Below, piece by piece: positions 10,309-19,756 of a stretch of 64,000 bases of DNA. Made by a program: the position numbers and the translations under genes. Origin of the DNA: Candidatus Omnitrophota bacterium (GTDB lineage: Bacteria; Omnitrophota; Gorgyraeia; DTHP01); contig JAMWCW010000008.1 in the NCBI GenBank assembly GCA_023819145.1, positions 5,584-69,583 on the forward strand, read 5' to 3'. Under the pieces are notes generated by a model. The model was not told where the DNA came from, ran no database searches, and worked only from the letters and a program-made list of their open reading frames with translations. Each line of letters opens with the position of its first letter. Position 1 is the first letter of the stretch.

Positions 10309-11186
10309 AGGTTTATTTGTTTTAAATTTGCTTTTTTTAATAATAAGGGATTGATTTTTAATATAACACTTTTTGCCTGAAGTGTCAATGTATATAAAAG
10401 TGCAATCACTCTTTTAGTCAAAAAGACCTTATTTACGGCTGCAAATCGTAGGGGAAAAATTTCACAAAGAAGTTTCAGCAAAGTTTCTTTTAGAGAAGGA
10501 ATAACAATTTGGAAATGGCAGATATCATCAGCTTTTTCCAAAAAAAGGATATGCGTTGGTTTTGAATTATTAATCCAATTACTAATTGCTAAATCCAACT
10601 TGAAATTTTGTTTTTTAAATCCACCTATGTAAGGTAATCCCGCAGTTATGATATGTTCTTTTTTAGCGATAAAAATAGAATCATCTCCTACTATTTTATA
10701 TCCCTTCTGAATAGCATTAATTAATAAAGTAGATTTACCAGCCCCACTTTTGCCGGTAGCAAGTACGGAAATTCTATCATTTGTCCAACTGGAGGCATGG
10801 ATTGAAAAGAATCCTTCTGCTTGAAGCAATGTTTTAAGCGTATTTTGGAAAATTGCATAATATCCGATAGGATTATTGAGATATTTGTGCATAGTTATAA
10901 ATGCTGAAAGATTTTCAAAATCTAAGAAATATTCATAAAATGGGGTATGATTAAAATGCATTTTTCGTGGAGAAAATTTACACTTTATTGATTTACTTGT
11001 TTTTGGTTTTCTTAGAAATATAATCTCTATCTCTTTTTGAGGGGTAGTTTTTGGTAAGTTAAGGTAGTTTTTTTTTAGATAGTTAATAAGTAAGGGGATG
11101 TCAGAGAGTAATTTAATTTTATAATTATAAAACTGTAAGGAGAAATTTTTAAGGCCTTCTTTTTTAATAAAAAAAATACTTCCCAT
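10266..11186 (-). CDS. HPr-kinase-related P-loop kinase
   Basis: IHAS, Walker A GKSGAGKST, VGDD; probable start ATG 11186. Confidence 0.75.
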   Translation of the reverse strand: MGSIFFIKKEGLKNFSLQFYNYKIKLLSDIPLLINYLKKNYLNLPKTTPQKEIEIIFLRKPKTSKSIKCKFSPRKMHFNHTPFYEYFLDFENLSAFITMHKYLNNPIGYYAIFQNTLKTLLQAEGFFSIHASSWTNDRISVLATGKSGAGKSTLLINAIQKGYKIVGDDSIFIAKKEHIITAGLPYIGGFKKQNFKLDLAISNWINNSKPTHILFLEKADDICHFQIVIPSLKETLLKLLCEIFPLRFAAVNKVFLTKRVIALLYTLTLQAKSVILKINPLLLKKANLKQINLWQKIEEIILKQYI

Positions 11187-11309
11187 TTTTTTTGAACACA
11201 AACTGTATTGCAGATTTTAATATTTGTTAGTAGAATATTATATAATAGATTTTAAAATAATTACATCGATTTTAGAAAATTTAAATATGTAAAAACAAAA
11301 TAAAAAATA

Positions 11310-12782
11310 ATGAGAATTAAGGTTATTCTTCTAATAGTTTTATTATTAGCTTTGGGGATAAGGATTTACTGTTTAGGAAAGTGGGAACTCTGGTATGATG
11401 AGATTTTAGCGATTAAGACTGCGCAGAATTTTAGATTAGCGAATAATTCTTATCTGTATTATACTCTTCTTTATTATTGGATAAAATTTTTTAAATTCTC
11501 TGAATCCACTGTTCGTATTCCGTCTTTAATTTTCAGTATGTTATCTATAGCCTCACTTTATTTGTTGGGAAAAAATTTATTTAATGAGAAAATCGCTTTG
11601 TTCTCTACCGGGTTATTGGCTTTTAATCCATTTCATATCTGGTATTCTCAGGAGGCAAGACCTTATAGTGCATTGGTTTTGTGTGGTATTTTGTCATCAT
11701 ATTTTTTATTTAGAGGGTTAAAGGAAAAAAAGATTTTATTTTTATTTCCCTTCACTTTTTTATCTGTTGTTGGAATATATCTCCACTATTTTTATATTAC
11801 CTTTTTGCTAGTATGTTTATTTATTGTTTTATTATTTTTGTTTGTTAAAAAACAAAAATATTATGTTTATTGGCTTACAATAAGTATATTAATTATTTTT
11901 TTGTTCCTTTCTCCTTGGCTACCGCGGTTTCTATTAAATCTGTGCTGTATTATAGATGGATTTTGGATACCTGTGCCTAGTTTTAAATCTTTGTTTATAA
12001 CTTTAGAAAATTTTAATTTAGGTTATAATGCTCCTAATTGGGCGTATAAATATTCATTATTTTTGACTCTTATTTTATTTCTCTCCGCCATAAATTTTCT
12101 TAGAGAAAAAAAAGAATTACAGAGCAACTTTTGGTTATGTTTGATGTTATTTATTTTACCCATTTTATTTGCCTTTTTCTTTTCTAAATTTTTATTTTCC
12201 ATCTATCTTGATCGTGCCTTAATGATTTCTTCTCCTTATTATTATTTAATCTTAGGGATAGGTTTAGAGTCCATAGGGAGGAAGAAGTTAAAATATTTTG
12301 TAAAATTATCTATATTTTTTTTGTTAGTTCAGAGTCTATCTTTTTATTACCAAGGTATCACACATTCGTCTCTTACACACCATACAGGTGCTTACGTTAA
12401 AAAGCCTATAAGGCCTGTAATTAATTATTTAGAAAGAAGAGTGAATAAAAATGATATAATATGTATTATAAATACCCATGTATTTCTACAATTTAATTTT
12501 TATAAACAAAATAAAGGGATATTATGTTTTTATGTTTTTTCTCCAGAAATATGGGATACTAATTGGAACAGACCTCATTCTGAAGGAAATAACTGGATTC
12601 CTGTAAATAGATTAATAGGATTTGATAGTGATAGAATATGGATGCTTTTTTCTGATTGTCCGAGAAGCGGCAAGTTAGATGAAAATTCCCAAAAAGTTAA
12701 GTCATGGATGGATAAAAACTACCTGACTATATTCGAACAGTGGCTAGATGGGATTTTGCTAAAATTATATGAAAAAAAGTAG
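11310..12782 (+). CDS. GT39/ArnT-like membrane glycosyltransferase
   Basis: LWYDE, RIPS, YSQEARPY motifs; multi-TM. Confidence 0.85.
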   Translation: MRIKVILLIVLLLALGIRIYCLGKWELWYDEILAIKTAQNFRLANNSYLYYTLLYYWIKFFKFSESTVRIPSLIFSMLSIASLYLLGKNLFNEKIALFSTGLLAFNPFHIWYSQEARPYSALVLCGILSSYFLFRGLKEKKILFLFPFTFLSVVGIYLHYFYITFLLVCLFIVLLFLFVKKQKYYVYWLTISILIIFLFLSPWLPRFLLNLCCIIDGFWIPVPSFKSLFITLENFNLGYNAPNWAYKYSLFLTLILFLSAINFLREKKELQSNFWLCLMLFILPILFAFFFSKFLFSIYLDRALMISSPYYYLILGIGLESIGRKKLKYFVKLSIFFLLVQSLSFYYQGITHSSLTHHTGAYVKKPIRPVINYLERRVNKNDIICIINTHVFLQFNFYKQNKGILCFYVFSPEIWDTNWNRPHSEGNNWIPVNRLIGFDSDRIWMLFSDCPRSGKLDENSQKVKSWMDKNYLTIFEQWLDGILLKLYEKK

Positions 12783-13872
12783 GTTATTATTTATAGTCAT
12801 TTTGTTGGCTTCGTCTCTTTGGTTTTCTTCTCCAAAGTGTATGGTAGACAACTTAGATTTGTTTAACAGAGAAGAGATCTCTACAGCCAAGATTTATTAT
12901 TTTGTAGAAATACCGAGGACAAAATATGGCAGATACTCAGGGAAAGGAGAGATTATTTTTAAAAGAGATTTCGGGGTTATAAATAATATGGTCAATAATT
13001 ATTCTGAGAAAAAAGATGAAGAAAGAATAAAAATAATTGAAAATTTTATTACAGGAATTAATTTAAATTATAACTATTTAACTAATAAAGTAGAAAAAAG
13101 AGACTACCATAATTGGTTTGGAATAAAATGGTATTTCGGTAAGGATTTACATTTTAATATTTGGGACATTTTTGCTATTTCAAGAAGCAATTTATTATCT
13201 GTTTATAACCACGAAGGGATAGAGAAAAAAGGTAATAAAGAGATCTCTATAATTTCTGGGATTTTGGCTAAATATCCTTTTTGGGGGAATAAATGCAAAA
13301 TCTGGATAGATAAAGAGTATAATTTTATTCATAAATTTATTATTTATAGTGAAAAAGATGAGCCGATTTTTACCTTAGAGGTTACGGAGGTGGAAGTAAA
13401 TCCGGAAATAGACGATAAAGAATTTAGCACAGAGATTCCTCCGGATTTTACTGTGGTAGATATAACCGAACAATTTGCCCAGCAATATCGGATTCTTGTG
13501 CAATTGTATGATTTTTATAATCGGATTAAGGAATTAGAAAAAAAGTTAGAAGTTTTACGAAAAGAAAATGAGGAATTAAAAGAGATGTCTAAGGAAAAGG
13601 AAGTTGAGAAGAGAATTGCTATAACCAAGGAGCCAGTTGTTCTATTCATAGATAGAGAAAATAAATTTGTGGTTATGGGAGGAAGAGAAGATGATTTAGT
13701 GGTGGGAGAAATATTTGAGGTTTATCGGGGAAGTAAACTGTTGGGTAAGCTTGAGATTACGCGGGTTTATCAAGATTTGGCAGTGGCAGAGCCAGTTATG
13801 GAGGGGCTAATGGATGTTATTAAAGAGGGCGATAGTTTGGTAAGAGCGAGTTCAGAAAGTTTTTTCCCTTGA
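12769..13872 (+). CDS. Exported hypothetical protein (LolA-like segment, coiled coil, C-terminal beta domain)
   Basis: N-terminal hydrophobic signal; KIWIDKE..VEVNPEIDDKEF resembles the LolA-like C-terminus; heptad-rich segment. Confidence 0.45.
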   Translation: MKKSRLLFIVILLASSLWFSSPKCMVDNLDLFNREEISTAKIYYFVEIPRTKYGRYSGKGEIIFKRDFGVINNMVNNYSEKKDEERIKIIENFITGINLNYNYLTNKVEKRDYHNWFGIKWYFGKDLHFNIWDIFAISRSNLLSVYNHEGIEKKGNKEISIISGILAKYPFWGNKCKIWIDKEYNFIHKFIIYSEKDEPIFTLEVTEVEVNPEIDDKEFSTEIPPDFTVVDITEQFAQQYRILVQLYDFYNRIKELEKKLEVLRKENEELKEMSKEKEVEKRIAITKEPVVLFIDRENKFVVMGGREDDLVVGEIFEVYRGSKLLGKLEITRVYQDLAVAEPVMEGLMDVIKEGDSLVRASSESFFP

Positions 13873-13896
13873 CAAATAATTATAATGTGATATAGT
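13869..13896 (+). promoter_or_regulatory. sigma70-type promoter for the cold-shock gene
   Basis: TTGACA 13869-74, 16-bp spacer, extended -10 TGaTATAGT 13888-96. Confidence 0.7.
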
Positions 13897-14027
13897 GAGT
13901 GTGTAAAGGTTGAAAGTAGGAGGAAATTGGAAGTAGTTGGACATCTTTAAATCGTAAGGTTTTTTTATTTTCACCTTACGATTTTTTTATAGATGTAATT
14001 TAAATAGAAAGGAGGTGAATAAAGTTG

Positions 14028-14225
14028 ATGAAAGGTAAAGTGAAGTGGTTTTCTAATCAGAAGGGTTATGGATTTATTACCCTTGACAGCGGTGAAGATG
14101 TGTTTGTGCATCACAGCGCCATCAAAGGAGAAGGTTACAAAACTTTGAATGAAGGACAAGAAGTACAGTTAGAGGTAATCCAAGGACCCAAAGGGAAACA
14201 AGCTGCTAATGTAGTGAAGTTATAG
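14028..14225 (+). CDS. cspA: Cold-shock protein
   Basis: KGKVKWF, KGYGFI, DVFVHHS; RBS AAGGAGGTGA. Confidence 0.95.
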   Translation: MKGKVKWFSNQKGYGFITLDSGEDVFVHHSAIKGEGYKTLNEGQEVQLEVIQGPKGKQAANVVKL

Positions 14226-14290
14226 AATTAGCAGTGGAATAGAGTTTTTCTTAAAGGAAGAGTCTATTTCCCTAAAAGTAGAAAACCGAT

Positions 14291-14335
14291 AAAAGGGACA
14301 ATTATTAGATTTGTTCTAAAGTTGTCCCTTTTTTT
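14291..14335 (+). terminator. Intrinsic terminator after csp
   Basis: AAAAGGGACAA / TTGTCCCTTTT stem followed by a T-tract. Confidence 0.75.
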
Positions 14336-14462
14336 ATTATATTATTCCCATATATTTCTGGAAATCGAGAGATTAATCTGGTATAATGTTATTACTTATA
14401 TTTAAATTCGTAGTTATCGGCGCAATTTTAACTTAAGAATTTACTTTTATAAAAGGAGAGTA

Positions 14463-14906
14463 GTGATGAAAGTAAAAGAGGTAATGTCGAAAGAGGTAAA
14501 GAGTCTTTCTCCGGAGATGAGTATCAGGGAGGCTTTAAATCTCCTTCTTCAGATGGGAATTAGTGGGTTGCCGGTAATTGATGCAGAGGAAAAACTTGTG
14601 GGGATGTTTACTGAGAAAGAGGTTTTAAAGGTAGTTTTACCGAGTTATTGGGAGAGAGTGGGAAAATTTGTTTATGATGACAACCCAAAAGTGATAAGAA
14701 AAAAGATAGAGGAACTAAAAAATCATAAAGTTGCAGAAGTTATGCGTAGAGAAGTTATTTCCGTGAATGAAGATACCGCCTTATGTGAAGTTGCCCGTAT
14801 CATGCTTACCGAGAAGGTAAGACGCATCCCTGTTTTGGACAAAGATAAAAAAGTGGTGGGAATAATTGCCAGAGAGGATATAGTAAAAGCGTTTGTTAAT
14901 GAGTAA
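14463..14906 (+). CDS. CBS-domain pair protein
   Basis: Two CBS repeats (ISGLPV..LVGM, VRRIPV..VVGII). Confidence 0.9.
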   Translation: MMKVKEVMSKEVKSLSPEMSIREALNLLLQMGISGLPVIDAEEKLVGMFTEKEVLKVVLPSYWERVGKFVYDDNPKVIRKKIEELKNHKVAEVMRREVISVNEDTALCEVARIMLTEKVRRIPVLDKDKKVVGIIAREDIVKAFVNE

Positions 14907-16284
14907 TAAAATTTTCTTAAAATTTCTGATTCTTTTTATTACAGCTATCGCTTGTGGGTTCTTATCCATAAGTATAGGAATGAATACCCATCAGGCTTTA
15001 AGCGTTTCTATTTTTTCGGCTTCGGTTATGGGAACATTATTGTTCTGGGATTTTCGTTTAGCCATCGCTTTCTTAGGTATCGCTATTCTCCTCATGACGA
15101 GAACCGTGGATTTAGAAAATGTTATAAAATTTGCTTCTTTAGAAGTGATACTCTTTTTAGTAGGAATGATGGTTTTAATTGGGTTATTGAAAGAAGTTGG
15201 ATTTTTTGCTTGGTTGATAGGTTTAATTATCCGCATAAAAAAACTTACAGCGAAGAAATTTGTGGTTGTACTGTGTTTAATGTCAGCGATTTTAGCCTGT
15301 GCAGTGGATGAGGTTACCTCTATTATTTTTATGAGTGCTCTTGTTTTAGAGATTTGTGATTATTTTGAAGTTTTAGCTACCCCCTATATCATTATGTGTG
15401 TTCTGGCTACGAATATTGGTTCTTCAGGAACTGTTCTGGGTAATCCCATTGGAATTTTAATTGCAGCAAAGGGCGGTCTTACTTTTGAGGATTTTATTTT
15501 TAGAGCATTTCCTTTGATGTTCTTTTGTCTGCTTCTAACCATCTCTATATTCTTTGTTATTTTTAAAAAACCGATTAAGGAATTGGATAAGAAAATAAAA
15601 GAATTTGGATACAATGAGATACTCATTAAGCTTATTTCTGTTCCTCCGGAAAAACAATTAAGACTAGGTTTGGGTATATTTGGGGTTACTCTTTTTTTTA
15701 TTGGTTTACATCACCGTTTAGAATTATTATGGAATTTAGAAACAAATACCATACTTTTGGTGATTCCTTTGATTTCTGCTGGTTTTGTAATGGTTTGGAA
15801 ACACAGAAAGGCTAAAGAATATATTGAGAAAGAAGTGGATTGGTGGACTCTTTTGTTTTTCATGCTTTTATTTGCTAAAGCAGGAACATTAAAATATACG
15901 GGAGCAACGGATGTTTTGGCAAAATATCTTGTGCAGTTTGCAGGTAAAAATCCTAAAGTTTTGGTTACAAATTTACTTTGGACCTCCTGTATTGGTTCAA
16001 GTATTTTGGACAATGTTGTTTTGGTAGCGGCATTTATTCCCATTGTGCAGAGTTTCCATTCTTTTGGCTTTGTAACGAATTCTTTCTGGTGGGCACTACT
16101 TTTTGGAGGTTGTTTTGGAGGAAATATTACGATGATTGGCTCAACTGCAAATATTGTTGCCTTGGGACTTTTGGAGAAAGAGAAAGGGATAAAGATAAAA
16201 TTCTTCCGCTGGTTAGGGATAGGTTTAATAATTGGTGTAATAACAACTCTTTTTGCTTGGCTTTATCTGATAATAACAAGTTAA
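14893..16284 (+). CDS. ArsB/NhaD/CitMHS-type ion transporter
   Basis: TNIGSSGTVLGNP, ILDNV, GGNITMIGSTAN motifs; multi-TM. Confidence 0.85.
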   Translation: MLMSNKIFLKFLILFITAIACGFLSISIGMNTHQALSVSIFSASVMGTLLFWDFRLAIAFLGIAILLMTRTVDLENVIKFASLEVILFLVGMMVLIGLLKEVGFFAWLIGLIIRIKKLTAKKFVVVLCLMSAILACAVDEVTSIIFMSALVLEICDYFEVLATPYIIMCVLATNIGSSGTVLGNPIGILIAAKGGLTFEDFIFRAFPLMFFCLLLTISIFFVIFKKPIKELDKKIKEFGYNEILIKLISVPPEKQLRLGLGIFGVTLFFIGLHHRLELLWNLETNTILLVIPLISAGFVMVWKHRKAKEYIEKEVDWWTLLFFMLLFAKAGTLKYTGATDVLAKYLVQFAGKNPKVLVTNLLWTSCIGSSILDNVVLVAAFIPIVQSFHSFGFVTNSFWWALLFGGCFGGNITMIGSTANIVALGLLEKEKGIKIKFFRWLGIGLIIGVITTLFAWLYLIITS

Positions 16285-16300
16285 CTTAAGAAGATGCAAT

Positions 16301-16329
16301 TTGACAAAGACATTGCGTATATCTATAAT
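16301..16329 (+). promoter_or_regulatory. Consensus sigma70 promoter for bcd-etfBA
   Basis: TTGACA-N17-TATAAT, perfect match. Confidence 0.85.
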
Positions 16330-16372
16330 ATCTAAAATAATGTTAAATTAAAAGTAAGGGAAAGGAGAAAAG

Positions 16373-17527
16373 ATGCTAAATTATCTTTTAACAGAAGAAC
16401 AGGTGATGATTCGTGATTTAGCAAGGAAGATTGCGGAAGAAAAGATAAAACCAGTAGCGGCAAAATATGATGAGAGCGAAGAATTCCCTTGGGAAATAAT
16501 GAAAATTTTAGCCTCAAGTGATTTGTTTGGAGTTTATATTCCCCAGGAGTATGGAGGTTTAGGAGGAGGGGTTATGGAATTGGCCATTGTTACTGAAGAG
16601 CTCTCACGTGCCTGCGGGGGAATTGCGGTTTGTTTTGCAGCTACGGGGTTAGGAACTTATCCCATAATTTTATTTGGTAATGACCAGCAGAAGAAGAAAT
16701 ATCTTCCGGACATTGCCAGCGGTAAGAAGTTGGCGGCTTTTGCGCTCACCGAAGCAAATGCCGGCTCAGATGCTTCAGCAATTCAGACTACTGCAGAGAA
16801 AAAAGGAGATTATTATATTTTAAACGGAACAAAGCAATGGATTACCAACGGAGGAGAAGCGGAGGTTTATACGGTGATAGCGATGACCGATAGAAGCAAA
16901 GGGGCAAGGGGTGCTACTGCCTTTATCTTAGAAAAAGGGATGGAAGGATTTAGTTTTGGAAAAAAGGAAAAAAAGATGGGGATTCGCGCTTCCGCAACAA
17001 GAGAACTTGTTTTTAATAACTGTAAGGTGCCTAAAGAAAATGTCTTAGGTAAGGAGGGGATGGGTTTTATTGTGGCTATGAAAACATTTGATATGTCCAG
17101 GCCGGGGGTAGCAGCACAGGCAGTGGGTATTGCCCAAGGAGCATTAGATTTGACCATAGAATATGCCAAGCAGAGAAAACAATTTGGACAGACAATATCC
17201 AGTTTTCAGGGAATTCAATTTATGCTTGCAGAAATGGCTACTTATGTTGAGGCAGCACGCGCCTTGATTTATGCGGTTTGCCGGGCAGTGGATAAAGGAG
17301 AAAAAAACATTGCCAAAGAGTCCGCCATGGCAAAATTATTTGCTTCAGATGTATGTATGAAAGTTACTACCGATTGTGTGCAGATTTTTGGTGGGTATGG
17401 CTATATGCGCGACTACCCCATAGAAAAATATATGCGCGATGCCAAAATTACCCAGATTTACGAAGGAACAAACCAGATTATGCGTAATGTTATTGCTTTG
17501 AACCTCATTAAGGAAACGCTAAAATAA
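16373..17527 (+). CDS. bcd: Acyl-CoA (butyryl-CoA-like) dehydrogenase
   Basis: FALTEANAGSD, GTKQWITN, RDAKITQIYEGTNQI. Confidence 0.9.
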   Translation: MLNYLLTEEQVMIRDLARKIAEEKIKPVAAKYDESEEFPWEIMKILASSDLFGVYIPQEYGGLGGGVMELAIVTEELSRACGGIAVCFAATGLGTYPIILFGNDQQKKKYLPDIASGKKLAAFALTEANAGSDASAIQTTAEKKGDYYILNGTKQWITNGGEAEVYTVIAMTDRSKGARGATAFILEKGMEGFSFGKKEKKMGIRASATRELVFNNCKVPKENVLGKEGMGFIVAMKTFDMSRPGVAAQAVGIAQGALDLTIEYAKQRKQFGQTISSFQGIQFMLAEMATYVEAARALIYAVCRAVDKGEKNIAKESAMAKLFASDVCMKVTTDCVQIFGGYGYMRDYPIEKYMRDAKITQIYEGTNQIMRNVIALNLIKETLK

Positions 17528-17528
17528 T

Positions 17529-17603
17529 TAGTCAAATTGTTAAATTGGCTAAAGAACGAAGTTCCATTACATTTAACCTTTTTAACCAATTACCATTTAA
17601 CCA
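17529..17603. repeat. Intergenic ~8-nt-period inverted repeat element, copy 1
   Basis: (TAGTYAAA)-like units followed by complementary (TTTAACCW) units. Confidence 0.6.
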
Positions 17604-17606
17604 ACA

Positions 17607-18467
17607 ATGAATATAATTGTTTGTATCAAGCAGGTTCCAGATACAACTGAGGTTAAAATTGATCCCCAGACAAACACTTTAATTCGGGAAGGTGTAGCGT
17701 CGATTATTAATCCCTTTGATATGTATGCTATAGAGGAGGGGATTCGTTTAAAGGAAAAATACGGTGGTAAAGTCACGGTGATAAGCATGGGCCCTCCTCA
17801 GGCAGAAGAGGCATTGCGTGAAGCTATATCCATGGGGTGCGATGAAGCAATTTTGATTACCGATAGAGCCTTTGCCGGTTCTGATACTTGGGCAACCAGT
17901 TATACTTTGGCAAAAGCGATTGAGAAAATTGGCGATTTTGACCTGATTATTTGCGGTAAGCAGGCAATAGACGGAGACACCGCTCAAGTTGGCCCGGGAA
18001 TTTCTGCCCATTTAGATCTACCGCAGGTAACCTATGTGAAGAAGATTGAGGAGATAAAAATATCAGAACGCCAGCCACAGAAGGCGAGCCTTATCCATAC
18101 GGAAGAGATTAGAACACCAGAGCACCAGTTACCCATTGCCGATGTGGCGAGGGTTGAGCGGATGATGGAGGAAGGTTATGAGGTAGTTGAGGTTCCGCTT
18201 CCCTGTTTGATTACCGTCGTAAAAGAAATAAATGAACCGCGTCTACCTTCATTAAAAGGAAAACTTCGGGCAAGATGTGCAGAAATTAAAAAATGGGGAA
18301 TCCAAGATTTAGGTTTGGATAAAAAAGATGTGGGATTGGAAGGTTCTCCGACGCGGGTGGTAAAAATATTTACGCCTCCACCACGCAAAGGCGGACAAAT
18401 TTTAGAAGGTGAGACAAAAGAAGTGGTGGAAAAGTTGGTGGAACTACTTAAATCAGAAATTATTTAG
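17607..18467 (+). CDS. etfB: Electron transfer flavoprotein beta subunit
   Basis: CIKQVPD, GKQAIDGDTAQVGP, INEPR. Confidence 0.95.
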   Translation: MNIIVCIKQVPDTTEVKIDPQTNTLIREGVASIINPFDMYAIEEGIRLKEKYGGKVTVISMGPPQAEEALREAISMGCDEAILITDRAFAGSDTWATSYTLAKAIEKIGDFDLIICGKQAIDGDTAQVGPGISAHLDLPQVTYVKKIEEIKISERQPQKASLIHTEEIRTPEHQLPIADVARVERMMEEGYEVVEVPLPCLITVVKEINEPRLPSLKGKLRARCAEIKKWGIQDLGLDKKDVGLEGSPTRVVKIFTPPPRKGGQILEGETKEVVEKLVELLKSEII

Positions 18468-18543
18468 TAAATAGTTAAATAGTTGATTAGTTAAATAGAA
18501 AGGATTCTGTTATTTAACCTTTTAACAATTTACCATTTAACCA
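18465..18543. repeat. Intergenic ~8-nt-period inverted repeat element, copy 2
   Basis: TAGTTAAA TAGTTGAT TAGTTAAA ... TTTAACCT TTTAACAA TTTACCA TTTAACCA. Confidence 0.65.
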
Positions 18544-18553
18544 AAATAAAAAG

Positions 18554-19756
18554 ATGGGGATAGTGGTTATTAAAGAAAAATGTACGGGATGTAAACTCTG
18601 CGTTAAGGCTTGTCCTTTTGGGGCAATAAGAATAGAGCAGAGGTTAGCGGTTATTGACCTTGATAAATGTAATCTCTGTGGTGCCTGTGTTTCCGTTTGT
18701 AAATTTTCTGCTATTGTTTTAGAGAAATCAGTTACCGATTACCGAGCACCGGTTACCGATTACCAGGGAATTTGGGTTTTTGGGGAACAAAAAAAAGGAA
18801 TAATACAACCGGTAGTTTTTGAACTCTTGGGAGAAGCGAGGCGCTTGGCAGAAGATTTAAAAACCGATGTTTCTTGCGTGGTTTTGGGATATAAGATAGA
18901 GAACAAGCGGATAGAAGAGCTTTTTTGGAGAGGAGCAGATAAGGTTTATTTAGTGGAAGCAGAAGAACTTTATCACTACCAGGATGAGCCCTATACTAAT
19001 GTTATTACAGAATTGATTAAAAAATACAAACCAGAGATTTTTCTCTGTGGAGCAACAGCCATTGGCCGGTCATTGATTGCTCGCGTCGCCATAAATGTGA
19101 AAACTGGTTTAACCGCGGATTGCACCGGTTTGGCGATTGACCCCGAGAAAAAACTTCTTTTACAGACCCGTCCCGCTTTTGGAGGAAATATCATGGCAAC
19201 GATAATTTGTCCTGATTATCGACCGCAGATGGCCACGGTAAGACATAAGGTAATGAAAGAATTGGCTATAGATAAGACAAGAAAAGGGACAATTATTCGG
19301 GGTAATTATGACGGGAAATTACTCTTGTCGCGCACAAAGTTGTTGGATATTGTAGAGGAAATAGAAGCAACCGTTAACCTTGCCGAGGCAGACATAATTG
19401 TTTCTGGTGGAAGAGGGTTGGGAAAACAGGAGAATTTCAATTTGATTGCAGATTTAGCAAAAGTTTTGGGTGGAGCGGTCGGTGCTTCACGAGCAGCGGT
19501 AGATAGCGGATGGATTTCTTATTCACATCAGGTAGGCCAGACAGGAAGAACAGTTTGCCCGAAGATTTATATTGCCTGCGGGATTTCCGGTCAAATCCAG
19601 CATTTAATTGGCATGCAATCTTCAAAGATAATTGTGGCCATAAATAAAGATTCCCATGCTCCGATATTTAATGTGGCTACGTATGGAATTGTAGGGGATT
19701 TGTTTGAAATAGTTCCTGCGTTGACAGAGAAATTTAAGGAAGTACTGAGGAAATAG
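18554..19756 (+). CDS. etfA: ETF alpha subunit with N-terminal 2x[4Fe-4S] ferredoxin
   Basis: [12 protein letters not shown] and [11 protein letters not shown]; [21 protein letters not shown]. Confidence 0.95.
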   Translation: MGIVVIKEKCTGCKLCVKACPFGAIRIEQRLAVIDLDKCNLCGACVSVCKFSAIVLEKSVTDYRAPVTDYQGIWVFGEQKKGIIQPVVFELLGEARRLAEDLKTDVSCVVLGYKIENKRIEELFWRGADKVYLVEAEELYHYQDEPYTNVITELIKKYKPEIFLCGATAIGRSLIARVAINVKTGLTADCTGLAIDPEKKLLLQTRPAFGGNIMATIICPDYRPQMATVRHKVMKELAIDKTRKGTIIRGNYDGKLLLSRTKLLDIVEEIEATVNLAEADIIVSGGRGLGKQENFNLIADLAKVLGGAVGASRAAVDSGWISYSHQVGQTGRTVCPKIYIACGISGQIQHLIGMQSSKIIVAINKDSHAPIFNVATYGIVGDLFEIVPALTEKFKEVLRK

